Assembly (NCBI GenBank): GCA_000165345.1
Contig: CM000436.1
Coordinates: 1,184,001-1,248,000 of the forward strand
Direction of reading: 5' to 3'
Length of the DNA: 64,000 nt
Translations under genes and position numbers: made by a program
Shown: positions 10,186-21,100 of the stretch, piece after piece
How the letters are laid out: the number at the start of each line of letters is the position of its first letter
Position numbering within the stretch: position 1 is the stretch's first letter
Notes under the pieces: generated by a model
Database searches by the model: none
What the model saw: the letters and a program-made list of their open reading frames with translations, nothing else
Told to the model about the DNA's origin: nothing

Positions 10186-11860
10186 GTCTAATAATTGTCA
10201 TTTATTTAATAGTTGATTGTGAAGTGTTAAAAAAAGTTGTTTTAATTAAAATAAATTCATAATTTTCACACAGTACAAACACTACTCTTAAAGTTCGATT
10301 TTTAGTTTCTCACTATTAGTTATTTATATAATTGTACCTAAACTCTTAAACTATTAGAGTTTGAATATCTAGATAAGCTGTCTCTTTAAGAAATTATCAA
10401 GTTTAAGGAAAATGAGATCTAAAGTATATGTTAATATCAATTATATCTTTAATTATATAATTTGAGGCTGCTACTACTACTACAAATACTACCAATACTA
10501 CCACTTATACTGCCATAAATACTAGAACTAATACTACTAATACCACTGCAAAGCCAACAAGCATTATTACCACCATTACTACTTTAATACCTCTAATAAT
10601 ACAATAATATTGCGATTTTAACATTGCTCGTACTTTTTTCTCTTTCCTCTCTTTGAACTCAATATCAATTCTCAGTTTTTATTTTTGTATCAGATTCGTT
10701 TGAGATTATTCAAGAACTATATATATACGATATTTTGAAAGTGGAAGAAAAAAGAAAAGTGGATCATGCATATTACATTCAAATATATAACTAGGAACTA
10801 GTAGGAAGTGAATGAAGAAAATAGATTTAGTTAAATGAAGAGAGAAAAAAAGAACAAAATAGGAAATATGCCTGTTAGATATTATATTCACTAAATCTTT
10901 CATATATTTCAATAATTAACAACATAATATCTTACATTTAATAATATTAAAAATATAGATAAGCATGTATATATATATATATTCATCTACTTATTTACAA
11001 TTTATTATCTATTTAAATATTAGTAATTATTATCATTCGAAATTATGTCATTTAATAATTACATATTAATGCATGCATTAATATTGTTGCCACCAACTTA
11101 ACTATTATAGTTTCATCAGATAACATTACATAATTCAATATTGAAAATCTATTTAAAAAATAAATAATTAAAACCAAATTTAAATAAATTTTTAATAACT
11201 TATTCAATATTAAATTCTCTCATTATCACTAATCATTTTATTATTTTACCCCAAATCAATTAATATTTAATTATTCAACCCCACCTTATATGGCGCTTAC
11301 CAGAACCCCTCCTATAATATAAATTTTTAACTGCTCGTGACTTTGGGAAGGCGCCAAAATCTGAACACACAAATTAGAAAATATTTTTATTTAATATAAT
11401 GAAAGGCATTTAAGAATTCCCCCTCTCGGAGAATAATAGCAAAAGCTAGAAATATCAAAATCTGTGATAGAAGAGCTTTGTAATTAGTGAATAGGATAAG
11501 AGCTTATGAGATAAGCAAAGGAGTTAGGAACACGACTTTTGTATGTACAAAGCCTGGAGAATTTGAATAAAAAAGCCGGGCAAGGAATTATCTGAATGTT
11601 AAATTAAAGTTCTTAAAAATATATATATTTTGCTAATAAAGGAAAGGGAAGGAAAAAAGGAAGCTAGGTAGAGTAATTTGTATTAAAAAAAAAATTAAGA
11701 GAAAATAACTATCAAGAAGATAATATTGATACAAAATCTCTAGTTGGTTTCCATAAAACTTCCAATTCAAAGTTTAAGTAAACTCTGATAGGTAAATAGA
11801 AGTAAATATATTTATGTATTTTGATTGTAAAAGTCAAAGTTTGAGTGATTGGTATAATTG

Positions 11861-11900
11861 AGAGTGAGAGAGAGAGAGAGAGAGAGAGTGAGTGAGTGAG
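11861..11900. repeat. (GA)n / (GAGT)n microsatellite
   Basis: agagtgagagagagagagagagagagagtgagtgagtgag. Confidence 0.9.
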
Positions 11901-12275
11901 AAAGAGAGATAAATAGAAAGAGTGTGAGAGTGAAGGAAGGGTTAAAAAAACATCTTGGAAGGTTTGTTTTCGAAATCTTCTTGGATACGGGAATTAAAAT
12001 ACATATAGTCAAGGTTTTGTTGTACCACTAAATAAATCACAGAGCTAAAGATTGGAAGTTATATTTATTCTTGATAAGATTTTGAAATAATAGGGGTTTC
12101 TGGTCTTTAAGGCACTAGTAACAACTGAAAGGTTTGGATAACTTACAGTTTGATAATATTATTTGCCTTAAAGAGAGATTTTACTTCTTTTATCTAATAT
12201 AATAATCCAATTCTTCTGTCGTTTATTCTATAAATTGTGAATAATAAAAGGTTTGGCTGAATTAGTATCATCGAG

Positions 12276-14618
12276 ATGAGCCTTGAAAGGGTTAATTCAA
12301 GTATAGAAATGCGAGAAGATAGCCCTACAAGAGATAATACCATCACTCAAGTAGATGTTAGACAGAATTCTGATCTCCTACAAGACTATCCTTCAATGAG
12401 AGTTCCGAGTCTTATAGTATTTGGACAAGGCCAAAGCCAAAATCATACTCAAGGCCATACACATGGATATATTCAAACTAATCAAACTAACCAAGTTACT
12501 CAAATAGGGGAGGGAACTGATCCATCTCTAATAAGAATAGCAAGAGGAGGAACAACAACAACTTCTTCTTCTTCAGGAAATAGTATTGAGAATTTACCAA
12601 ATCCACTTTTAGAAGAAGGAGGACAAAGTTTAATTATAGAAACAACAACATGGTCTAGAGATTCGCATGAACTTTTTGATTATGAAGCACAACATATTAA
12701 TAATAAAAAGTTTCTTGTGAGTAAAAATAGCAAAATCTTTCGACAAAATACAGAATGTATGATTGTTGGTGATGAGGAAGAGCTTCCAACACAAGGAGAC
12801 TATTTATTATCTATAAAAACCACTTCAGATGGGAAATTTGTAGCTTTTCCTGCAGATAGAAGTTTGGGAGCGTGTAGTGAAAGGCAGCTAATTCCTAAGA
12901 AGGTTTGGTTAATTGTTCGAGATCTGCCTAGTAAATCATATGCTTTACAACAAAACGATATGGTTAAGCTAGGAAGATTTAAATTACGTGTTAAACAATT
13001 GGTTAAAAATGAAGATCAAATTCCAGAGCTTAGGCTTGATGAAATGGAAACAAATATTATTGAGCCAACTTTAGAGGAATCTATAACAATGCAATGCAGA
13101 ATTTGTCTCACTGAAGGAGAGCAAGAAGATGATCCTTTGCTTTGTCCATGTCAGTGCAGAGGATCTATTAAGTTTGTTCATTTAGAATGTTTAAGACATT
13201 GGATTAATGGAAGGCTCAATCTGGCCAACGAAAATGGGTCCGGAGATACCTTCTTCTTTAGGCAGTTACAATGTGAGCTTTGTAAGAGTCCTCTTCCTTC
13301 TTCAGCTTCTATTAAAGGCTCTAGAGTCAATATTGTTAAAGTACCTCAAGCTAAACCTCCATTTATTGTTTTGGAGAATATTTATGGGAATGTTCATAGA
13401 GGAGTGCATGTAGTAAGTATGGCTGAAAAGAAGGATTTGAAACTTGGTAGAGGTCATGAATCAGATGTAAGAATTTCTGATGTAAGTATATCTAGATATC
13501 ATGCAACTATTAGATATAGAAATGATAACTTCATGCTTGAAGATCATGATTCCAAATTTGGTACTCTTGTTTCAGTCAGGAGACCACAAGCCATAGATAA
13601 TTGTCATAATTTAGCTCTCCAAGTAGGAAGGACTGTAGTTAATTTGAGACTTTCAGAAGAGCCATGTTCTCCTAGTATTGGTATAAAAGAGTTACCTGTG
13701 AGCAATTCTCCAGATTTCCTTTTAGATCCTGAGCAAAATAATAACCAAAATGGAGGAGCTAGTGGAAATAATGGAAGTGGTAATGGTGGTGTATCTGGAG
13801 TAAACCGAAGATCTAGTGGCTTAAATGCAAACTCGGATGTAAATGGTATGAATCATCAGAATTCTCAAGGTGATTTCCATTGCTTACATAATAAAATGAG
13901 CCAAAATTTAAGATTAGCAGCTCCTGCTACACTTTCCAAAGTAATTGAACATTCTCAGAATATTCCTTCTTTTTTGGATATTCAAGAATCTGACACAAAA
14001 AGTGGCCAAGAAAACGATAATACAAATATTAGAAAAGGAGCTATTCAGAATGTTTCTGAAGATAAATCAACGTTTTTGTCATCTTTGGTTTCCTCTTTAT
14101 CACCACTATCATCAACATCGTCATCTTGTTCATCATCATCATCTTCTTCATCATCTTGTTCATCTCTACTATCTACCTATACTCAACTTTCTACCTCTAC
14201 TATTCCTACTCATTCTCTTGAAGAGATAGCAAATAAAGGAGTAGAAGTTAAAAACAATGGTATTCAATCAATTAATGGGTTAAAACTGGAGAATATTAAT
14301 ATTCAAAATAAGATAGAATTTTTTGGAGATGAAAAAAAGAAGCAATCTGAACAAGATTACTTAGAAATTAAAGAATCAAAAAATAACATCTATAGAAGTG
14401 GAAAATTACTAGTTTCTGAAACCTTTGGTGATGGTGGTTTTGTGGCCCCTCCTTCTAAAGATTCAGATCATTTCTTGGACTGCTCCAAAAATATGAACTC
14501 TCTCATTTACAATAACATTAACCACTGTAAAAGCAACCACAGAATTAGTAACAAGACTTCATTACGGTTACCTTGTTCATCTTTAACATTTTGGATTGAA
14601 AAAAATCAATCAACTTGA
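12276..14618 (+). CDS. RING-CH (MARCH-type C4HC3) zinc finger + FHA domain protein with Ser-rich low-complexity C-terminus
   Basis: ATG at 12276. CRICLTEGEQEDDPLLCPCQCRGSIKFVHLECLRHW is a RING-CH finger. LKLGRGHESDVRISDVSISRYHATIRYRNDNFMLEDHDSKFGTLV is an FHA domain. (TCA/TCT)n codon repeats lie at 14100-14170. Confidence 0.85.
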   Translation: MSLERVNSSIEMREDSPTRDNTITQVDVRQNSDLLQDYPSMRVPSLIVFGQGQSQNHTQGHTHGYIQTNQTNQVTQIGEGTDPSLIRIARGGTTTTSSSSGNSIENLPNPLLEEGGQSLIIETTTWSRDSHELFDYEAQHINNKKFLVSKNSKIFRQNTECMIVGDEEELPTQGDYLLSIKTTSDGKFVAFPADRSLGACSERQLIPKKVWLIVRDLPSKSYALQQNDMVKLGRFKLRVKQLVKNEDQIPELRLDEMETNIIEPTLEESITMQCRICLTEGEQEDDPLLCPCQCRGSIKFVHLECLRHWINGRLNLANENGSGDTFFFRQLQCELCKSPLPSSASIKGSRVNIVKVPQAKPPFIVLENIYGNVHRGVHVVSMAEKKDLKLGRGHESDVRISDVSISRYHATIRYRNDNFMLEDHDSKFGTLVSVRRPQAIDNCHNLALQVGRTVVNLRLSEEPCSPSIGIKELPVSNSPDFLLDPEQNNNQNGGASGNNGSGNGGVSGVNRRSSGLNANSDVNGMNHQNSQGDFHCLHNKMSQNLRLAAPATLSKVIEHSQNIPSFLDIQESDTKSGQENDNTNIRKGAIQNVSEDKSTFLSSLVSSLSPLSSTSSSCSSSSSSSSSCSSLLSTYTQLSTSTIPTHSLEEIANKGVEVKNNGIQSINGLKLENINIQNKIEFFGDEKKKQSEQDYLEIKESKNNIYRSGKLLVSETFGDGGFVAPPSKDSDHFLDCSKNMNSLIYNNINHCKSNHRISNKTSLRLPCSSLTFWIEKNQST

Positions 14619-15273
14619 CCTATTTATACAAATCAGAACTACACTATCCAAATATAATAAGGTATCGGATGCCATTAATATATTTTTCTTTTAATACATA
14701 AAGACTATTTGGGTGTAAAAAAAGATTTCCAGCCATGTTCCAAGATGTGTTGATAAAGTAGGTATTAGCAGTCNCGAGTGATGTATTTTCGAGTAATGCC
14801 CACGAGTTGTCAACAGGAATTGACTCTTTACTGAAGTATGCTGTTAATCAATATTCAAAGACTCAGGCATCCCCCTTATATACTTATATAAAAATATCAG
14901 ATCCAAGCCAATAAAAATAAAAAAAAAAAGAAAACAGTTTTATCTTCACTATATTATCACTAATATTAGATTATTATTGTTATTATTGTTATTGTTATTA
15001 TTATTAATATATACTTATAAATATATATAAAATTTTCTAATATTTCTAATCTTTGACACAATTACAGTATTAATTTCAACGCTTGTTGAAGAACCTTTGG
15101 TCAAGCCACTTGCCTATGTTTCCACTACAATCCAGCTTTATTGCTAATTGAATTATACCGACGGATACATTTTTGGTTTGAGATCTTACCTCTAGTTTAA
15201 TAACTAATACTAATTTTTCTATTAATTTAATTTTCTTTAATTTTTGTAATATATTCAAATACTTATTTAAATG

Positions 15274-15326
15274 GGCGCCTGCATGTTTGCATGCATATAT
15301 AAGTTCAATTTGAGCGCCACATGCAT
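15274..15326. promoter_or_regulatory. GGGCGCC + TTTGCATGCAT + GAGCGCCACATGCAT composite element
   Basis: Located in the 14618-16120 intergenic region. It combines the E2F-like GGCGCC with GCATGC and CATGTG. Confidence 0.5.
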
Positions 15327-15690
15327 TTTGGAAAATTATGTTTGTGAAAACTATAAATAGAAGATGATTTTGTTTCTATTAAGTCTTTTTTTGTAATTTT
15401 TAGAAATATTTGTACATCTTCAAAATGCTTATTCTTTGACAATTTTTTTGTTCATAATGGAATTAACGAATATAGAAAAGTTAAATTTTTTATTTTTTTT
15501 TACTGATTTAATATTTAAAAATTGACATTTAGAAATCTATTTCTAACTAATTTAGTAATTTTCCAAAAATATAAATACTACTCTTTATTAAAATATATCA
15601 AAATAATTATCATTTTTTATATTTAAACCCAAGTTTAATCAAATTTATTAATTTTTCTTTTTTTTCTAGTTTTATACTTTATATTTAAAT

Positions 15691-15729
15691 ACGTGGTTTT
15701 ACCGCCGCCCCACGTAAGGTACCGGTATT
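15691..15729. promoter_or_regulatory. ACGTGG-N13-CCACGT inverted repeat enclosing ACCGCCGCCC, followed by GGTACCGGTATT; ~400 bp upstream of FCP1
   Basis: A perfect 6-bp inverted repeat flanks a GC-only core. Confidence 0.45.
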
Positions 15730-16119
15730 ATTAATTAAATATAATAAAAAATATACTTTAATAATATAAGTATGAAAGAAATTTATATATTTAAATTTAT
15801 AATAATGTTAAACATAAATATTTTGTGAGAGAAATAAAGAAATAGAGAAGAATAAGAAGGGGTGAGGAAAAAAAGTAAATAAAAAAAAGAATTACAAGAT
15901 CTTAAGAAAGTAATATGTAATAAATAAGATAATTGTAAAAATATAGGTTAAAATTTTGCTAGTAGAATTAAGTAATTTGATTAAATTTTATTCAAGTATT
16001 TATAAATTAATATACAAGACAAGATTTAGATCATTCTTTTAAATAATAAAGATTAAATTAAACTAATTATTATTATTCCTAATATTAATATAGGTATATA
16101 ATCAATATAATAACTTGAT

Positions 16120-18408
16120 ATGAGTGAGGATGAGAAAATACAAATTAAATGTTTAACTGAAATATTTAAGAATCCAGTTAAAATAGAATGGAAAAAGTAT
16201 TTAAATGATAAAATAAAACCTGGAGAAGTTATTTTAGATATTTCAGATTTGAATAATGGTCAATTAGTTACAAGAATTAAATCAATATGTCATGGAAAAA
16301 TATCAAGTTGTTTAACTCCAAAAATATGTGAAATCATTTCAGTAATAAAACAAAATAATAATGAACATATTTCAGAATTTGAAATTAAAGATTTAACGAA
16401 TGAAAGTTTTGAGAAATCAATTTTATATATTAAACAAGAAAATCCAAATAGTCATAATAATAGATATTATTTTGGTTATTATTTATGTGATCATACTACA
16501 TTTTTAAGTAATATATGTGTAGAATGCGGATTTATACTCGAAGGAAAAAGTGAATTTTCTAATAATAATAAATCAATTAAAAGAGTTAAAGCTGGAAATA
16601 ACAATAATGAGATAGCAGAAATTGAATCTACTAATATAAGTAGACGTGATCATAAAACAGGTAACTATCATGAAAATGATAGAAATGAAAGAATGTTAAT
16701 AAATGCAGGTTTTCTTTCAAATAATAATGATATTAAATTTAATAAGAATTATGTAGATGAACAAGAAAAATCTTTTATATTTGAACTATTATATATAAAG
16801 AGAAAGTTAAGCTTAGTTTTAGATTTGGATAATACATTAATACATGCATCTTCAACTTTACCAGAAATTAAAAAAAATGATGAATTTATTGAAATTAAAG
16901 AAATTATGGAAAATGAAATTACTGAAGAAATTTATAATAAGTATTATGGTAGTGTTGTAATGCTTGGAAATAAACCACAAAGTAATGAATTACTTCCAAA
17001 AGGAATTGATCATTTTCCTCATTATAATAATGATACAGATTCAAATATTGAAATTTATTTTAAATTATTAGAAAGTTTGATATTTTGTATTCCATTTGGC
17101 AATTCTTTAAATTCTGGAATAGAAAGACAATCTAGAAATAGCTCAAATTGGAGTTTTGGATATTATAAATTAAGACCTGGTGTAATTAATATGTTGAGAA
17201 CTCTTTCTAAAGATAAATATGAAATCTATATGTATACTATGGGAACAGAATATCATGCATATACTTCACTTCGAATTTTGGATCCAGAATTACGTTTTTT
17301 CCATTCAAAGAGAATATTTTATAGAAATAATGGATTTAAAGAGACTTCAATTAAAAGTTTAAATACTTTATTTCCATATGATCATCGTACTTTAGTCATT
17401 TTGGATGATATTGAACAAGCTTGGACTGATATTAATTCATTATTAAAAGTTTATCCATATAATTTTTTTCCAAGTAATTCAATTCCAAATGATTCATCTA
17501 GTTTTTCTAGATATATTTCACAAATTAGAACAAACAATAAATGGAGTCAATTAATAAAAAAGAAAAGAACTAGAAATGATCAAATATCTGAGAATGATTG
17601 TAAAGAAAAGGATGAAATAGATCAAAATAAAATTGATAAAGAAATAACAAAGGAACAATCTTGTATTGATATTATCAAAGAAATCATTAGATCAGAAAAA
17701 GATTATCAGTTATTGATATTCCAAAAGTTATTAATAGCTTTACACGATGCATATTTTAAAGAATTTGATTTAACTTTAAGTAAAAAAGGAGAATTTCATG
17801 ATGAAGATTCATTGGTTTATATAATTTATAGAGATGCACCAAATATTTCCAATATTATTAAGATTATGAGAAGAGGAGTACTTAAAGATTGTAATTTACA
17901 ATTTACTGGTTTCAATAATAAATTCTTTTATAACTTTGTAGATTCAGATTTATATAAATGGTGTAGATATTTTGGTTCAAGTATATTGGATAATAATACA
18001 AAGAATTACTCAGAGAAATTAATTGCTACTCACTGTATATGTGAACAATTATTTACAGAAAAGTATCATCATGCAAAAGAAAAAGGAATTCCATGTATTA
18101 ATATTTTATGGCTTGAAACTATTATTTATACATGGATTAGCCCTTTAAAGATTAATATAAATAATCCATTATTTTGTGATCCTGTTAATTCAGATTATTA
18201 TTCCCCTTTTGAAAGTTTAAATTTGAAAGATAAAGAATCTCCAGACTACTTTGACTTTGATAATTACAGTTATTCCTATCTTTATTCTACAAATACAAGC
18301 GAATCACTTAAGGAACAACTTTGGGAAGAAGCTTTTAACGATATCTCATTTTCTATGGGAGAAGAAGATGATGATGGCGAAGAAGAAGAAGATGATGATG
18401 ATGATTAA
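16120..18408 (+). CDS. FCP1: RNA polymerase II CTD phosphatase FCP1 (FCP1-homology/NIF phosphatase domain + BRCT domain, acidic tail)
   Basis: LSLVLDLDNTLIHAS is the DxDxT catalytic motif of the FCP1/SCP family. The C-terminal LQFTGFNNKFFYNFVDSDLYKWCRYFGSSI...IATHCICEQ is BRCT-like. The tail is EEDDDGEEEEDDDDD. Confidence 0.85.
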   Translation: MSEDEKIQIKCLTEIFKNPVKIEWKKYLNDKIKPGEVILDISDLNNGQLVTRIKSICHGKISSCLTPKICEIISVIKQNNNEHISEFEIKDLTNESFEKSILYIKQENPNSHNNRYYFGYYLCDHTTFLSNICVECGFILEGKSEFSNNNKSIKRVKAGNNNNEIAEIESTNISRRDHKTGNYHENDRNERMLINAGFLSNNNDIKFNKNYVDEQEKSFIFELLYIKRKLSLVLDLDNTLIHASSTLPEIKKNDEFIEIKEIMENEITEEIYNKYYGSVVMLGNKPQSNELLPKGIDHFPHYNNDTDSNIEIYFKLLESLIFCIPFGNSLNSGIERQSRNSSNWSFGYYKLRPGVINMLRTLSKDKYEIYMYTMGTEYHAYTSLRILDPELRFFHSKRIFYRNNGFKETSIKSLNTLFPYDHRTLVILDDIEQAWTDINSLLKVYPYNFFPSNSIPNDSSSFSRYISQIRTNNKWSQLIKKKRTRNDQISENDCKEKDEIDQNKIDKEITKEQSCIDIIKEIIRSEKDYQLLIFQKLLIALHDAYFKEFDLTLSKKGEFHDEDSLVYIIYRDAPNISNIIKIMRRGVLKDCNLQFTGFNNKFFYNFVDSDLYKWCRYFGSSILDNNTKNYSEKLIATHCICEQLFTEKYHHAKEKGIPCINILWLETIIYTWISPLKININNPLFCDPVNSDYYSPFESLNLKDKESPDYFDFDNYSYSYLYSTNTSESLKEQLWEEAFNDISFSMGEEDDDGEEEEDDDDD

Positions 18409-18844
18409 GATGAAGATGGAGATGATGATGATAAATACAATGATTACGATAATGATGATAATGACGAAAATCTATATATTTCAGATTCTAATTACTCAAA
18501 GAATTCTTAATTTGAAAAAATTTCAGAATTAGAATTCACTTTGACATCAGAATATTAGATAATTACTGATGACTCTCATTTATTGTCATTTCTTAGAATG
18601 GCGGGCTCAATTTTTGTTTCTTTTCCTCAATTTAATACACTGAAAATATGAAATAGCATCTAGTTCTTCATATAAAATTTCAATTAAAGTCTATAATACA
18701 ATATTGTTATTTATGAATGATTTACTAGACTAGATAAAAATTCTTGATTTATGATTTAATACTAAGGGATAATTAAGAAATATTATGTGTAAATAAGAAT
18801 GACTTTACATTTAGAAATAAAATAGCAATTTTATTTTTGCTTTC

Positions 18845-18864
18845 GCATGCGGAAAATGGCGCCA
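18845..18864. promoter_or_regulatory. GCATGCGGAAAATGGCGCCA, ~90 bp upstream of the zinc-ribbon gene ATG
   Basis: The TGGCGCCA palindrome plus GCATGC. Confidence 0.5.
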
Positions 18865-18951
18865 TTAAATAAATATTTCTATAGTAATTAATAATAATAA
18901 TAATAATAAAATTGGAATAAGAAAGACTGGAATAAATATAAATGGTTATAA

Positions 18952-19555
18952 ATGTCAGGAAATAGTAAGCAGTTATCCAAGTCAGAATTGGTTAAGATAT
19001 TGAAAAAGTCTACAAGCAGTACTAGGGAGAAGAATTTGGCAATAAAGCAATTAAAGAAGTTTCCACCAAATCAAAAAGATGAACTGGATAAGAATTTGGA
19101 AGGTTTAAAATTTAAAGTTAACAAGAATAAGTTATTTCATTTTTTGTAAGTTTTGAATGATGAGAATTTGGATTATGAAATTTTGTTGAATTATTTTAAA
19201 GAATTCAACAAAAATCATTCCAAAAAAAAATATTAAATATAAATTAATGTTAAAATTTAATATCTAAAAACAAAACAAAAAAAAAGATGTTTTAGATGCG
19301 ATAAGCCTAAACAGTCTAATATTCAAGTATTGTGTAAGCTTAAAGGTAAGTAATTTAATTTATTAAAAGAAAAAAATTAATTAAATTATTAAACATGAAA
19401 ATAATTAAAATTCAATGAATAACATTAATATTAATAATAATGATAAAATGATATTATACATTATAGATTCAGAATATACAATATGTCACTGTTGCTATCT
19501 TTCATTAGAAAGTAGTATTGAATTGAAAAGAATTAAAAGTTTGAATTTAAGATAA
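18952..19555 (+). CDS. small (~113 aa) spliced zinc-ribbon protein, 3 exons: 18952-19145, 19287-19345, 19467-19555
   Basis: Donors GTAAGT at 19146 and 19346. Acceptors aaaaaaaaag|A at 19286 and cattatag|A at 19466. The frame is kept across all three exons and unites CFRCDKPKQSNIQVLCKLK (exon 2) with DSEYTICHCCY (exon 3) into a C-x2-C...CHCC metal-binding module. TGGCGCCA and GCATGC sit ~90 bp upstream. Confidence 0.55.
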
Positions 19556-19556
19556 T

Positions 19557-20312
19557 TTAATTATTATTGCAATCAAGATCTTCATCATCATCATCATCGT
19601 CATCAATATCTTGGCCTAAATCTATATCACTATCTTGATTCATTTTTTCAGTTTCTGAATCATTCATTCTATTAACATTATTTATATCTTGACTCCAATT
19701 TGGAGTAATTGACATTTCATATTCTGTTGGTAACCAAATTTTTGAAACGCCTTTATTTGGAAACGTAGGTAAAGGTAAAGAGTTAATTTCACTAGATACC
19801 ATTTTATTTGCTATATTTGAATTTTGACTGGCTGTAATTGTTTCATAGTATTCTGAAATAGCAATTTTAGCATCACATTCTTGAATATTTGTTCTTGAAT
19901 CTATTCTTGCATATTCATTAGATTTAATGATCAAATCTTGGCTAAATGCTAATTTTTTTTTCAGATGAACATAATAATTATGTAAATTATGATATTTTAT
20001 AGTGATTGAAAAATAAAACTTACCGAATGCAGTATTTAATAATTGATCAATAATTCTTGGATCATAAGATTCTACTTTCATATCTTTTAGTAGTCTTCCA
20101 ATAGAAGCTACAGATTCTGGAATTACTTGAATATATTTTTTCTATTGTAATTATTGATTAATATTTAAAATAATAAATAGAAATAATTAAATATTTATTA
20201 CAAAACAAGAATATATTAAAACAATATATTAATAGATATAAAGAAGAAATAATTATATATTGATTCAAACTTTGCATATATTAATATGAAAATACTTAAC
20301 TTACTTCTTCCA
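19557..20312 (-). CDS. hypothetical protein with acidic C-terminus, 2 exons on minus strand: 20304-20312 (ATG GAA GAA) and 19557-20141
   Basis: The ORF stays open upstream of the track Met to the acceptor ttacaatag| at 20142. Donor GTAAGT at 20303-20298 follows a 9-nt first exon ATGGAAGAA. A TTTTGGCGGTAA motif lies ~140 bp upstream at 20445-20457. The C-terminus is DIDDDDDDDEDLD. Confidence 0.55.
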
Positions 20313-20704
20313 TATATTTGAAAAAAAAATAATTGTTTTCTTTTTTTCCTTACTTTTCTTTTGTCAATTTGTGAAATTCTCGTGTTTTTTCATTTATTAT
20401 AATTAATAAAAAATAATATTTATTTTGGGTATATTACCGCCAAAACTTTTATATTCATAAAAATTTATTATTAATAACTAAATATATGATAATTTTTTTA
20501 AATTAGCAATAGAATATAATAAATGTGAAATATTTAAAAATAAAACATAAAATTTTTACTTATAATTATAACATAAAACTAATAATACTTTAAAAAAACA
20601 AATAAATAGATAAAATACATTCTCACATATATTGAATTGATTTTATTATCGTTATCAGTAAATAAATATTGATTTGGCAAAAAAATTTTCTATGTGGACA
20701 AATA

Positions 20705-20755
20705 AATGCATGCAGTGCATGTGGCGCATAAAGGTGCAGATAATGCATGCATTTA
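20705..20755. promoter_or_regulatory. ATGCATGCAGTGCATGTGGCGCATAAAGGTGCAGATAATGCATGCAT in the divergent promoter between the minus gene (ATG 20312) and the Kazal-mucin gene (ATG 21101)
   Basis: Two ATGCATGCA copies flank CATGTGGCGC. Confidence 0.5.
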
Positions 20756-21100
20756 TTTTGTTTTTTTTTTTTAATATTGAAATTCTGAGTTGAGGGGTGA
20801 TGTGTGAAGGAATATTTTATATTATATATTGTGGGAGATGACAAATTTATAATATAATATGTGCTCGTATTCGTGTATAAAATAAAGTATAAAAAAGAAG
20901 ACATACCGTTTATAATTAATAGTTTGTCTCAATAAGAAATACTTATATAATAAATAAAGTGTATTAAAATGCATCATAAGATTATTAATTATTAATTTAA
21001 GATAAAATTAAATTAAAAGGGAAACAAATTTGAGATATATAACTCAAATAGTAATAATTACATCAAACGCATCAATAAATATAAATATAATAGTGGAGAA

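Noticed and set aside
14838-14852. CTCTTTACTGAAG resembling the U5 snRNA loop I (GCCUUUUACUAAAG)
   Set aside because: It lacks the invariant UUUUACU (one U short) and has no surrounding stem or Sm site I could recognise. It is kept only as part of the GC-island finding.
15076-15258. 60-aa minus-strand ORF with a GC-richer 3' end (LDCSGNIGKWLDQRFFNKR) and a possible GTAAGA donor, as a hidden small gene
   Set aside because: No ATG-containing upstream exon and no recognisable domain. It could equally be UTR sequence. It is left unannotated but is worth an RNA-seq look.
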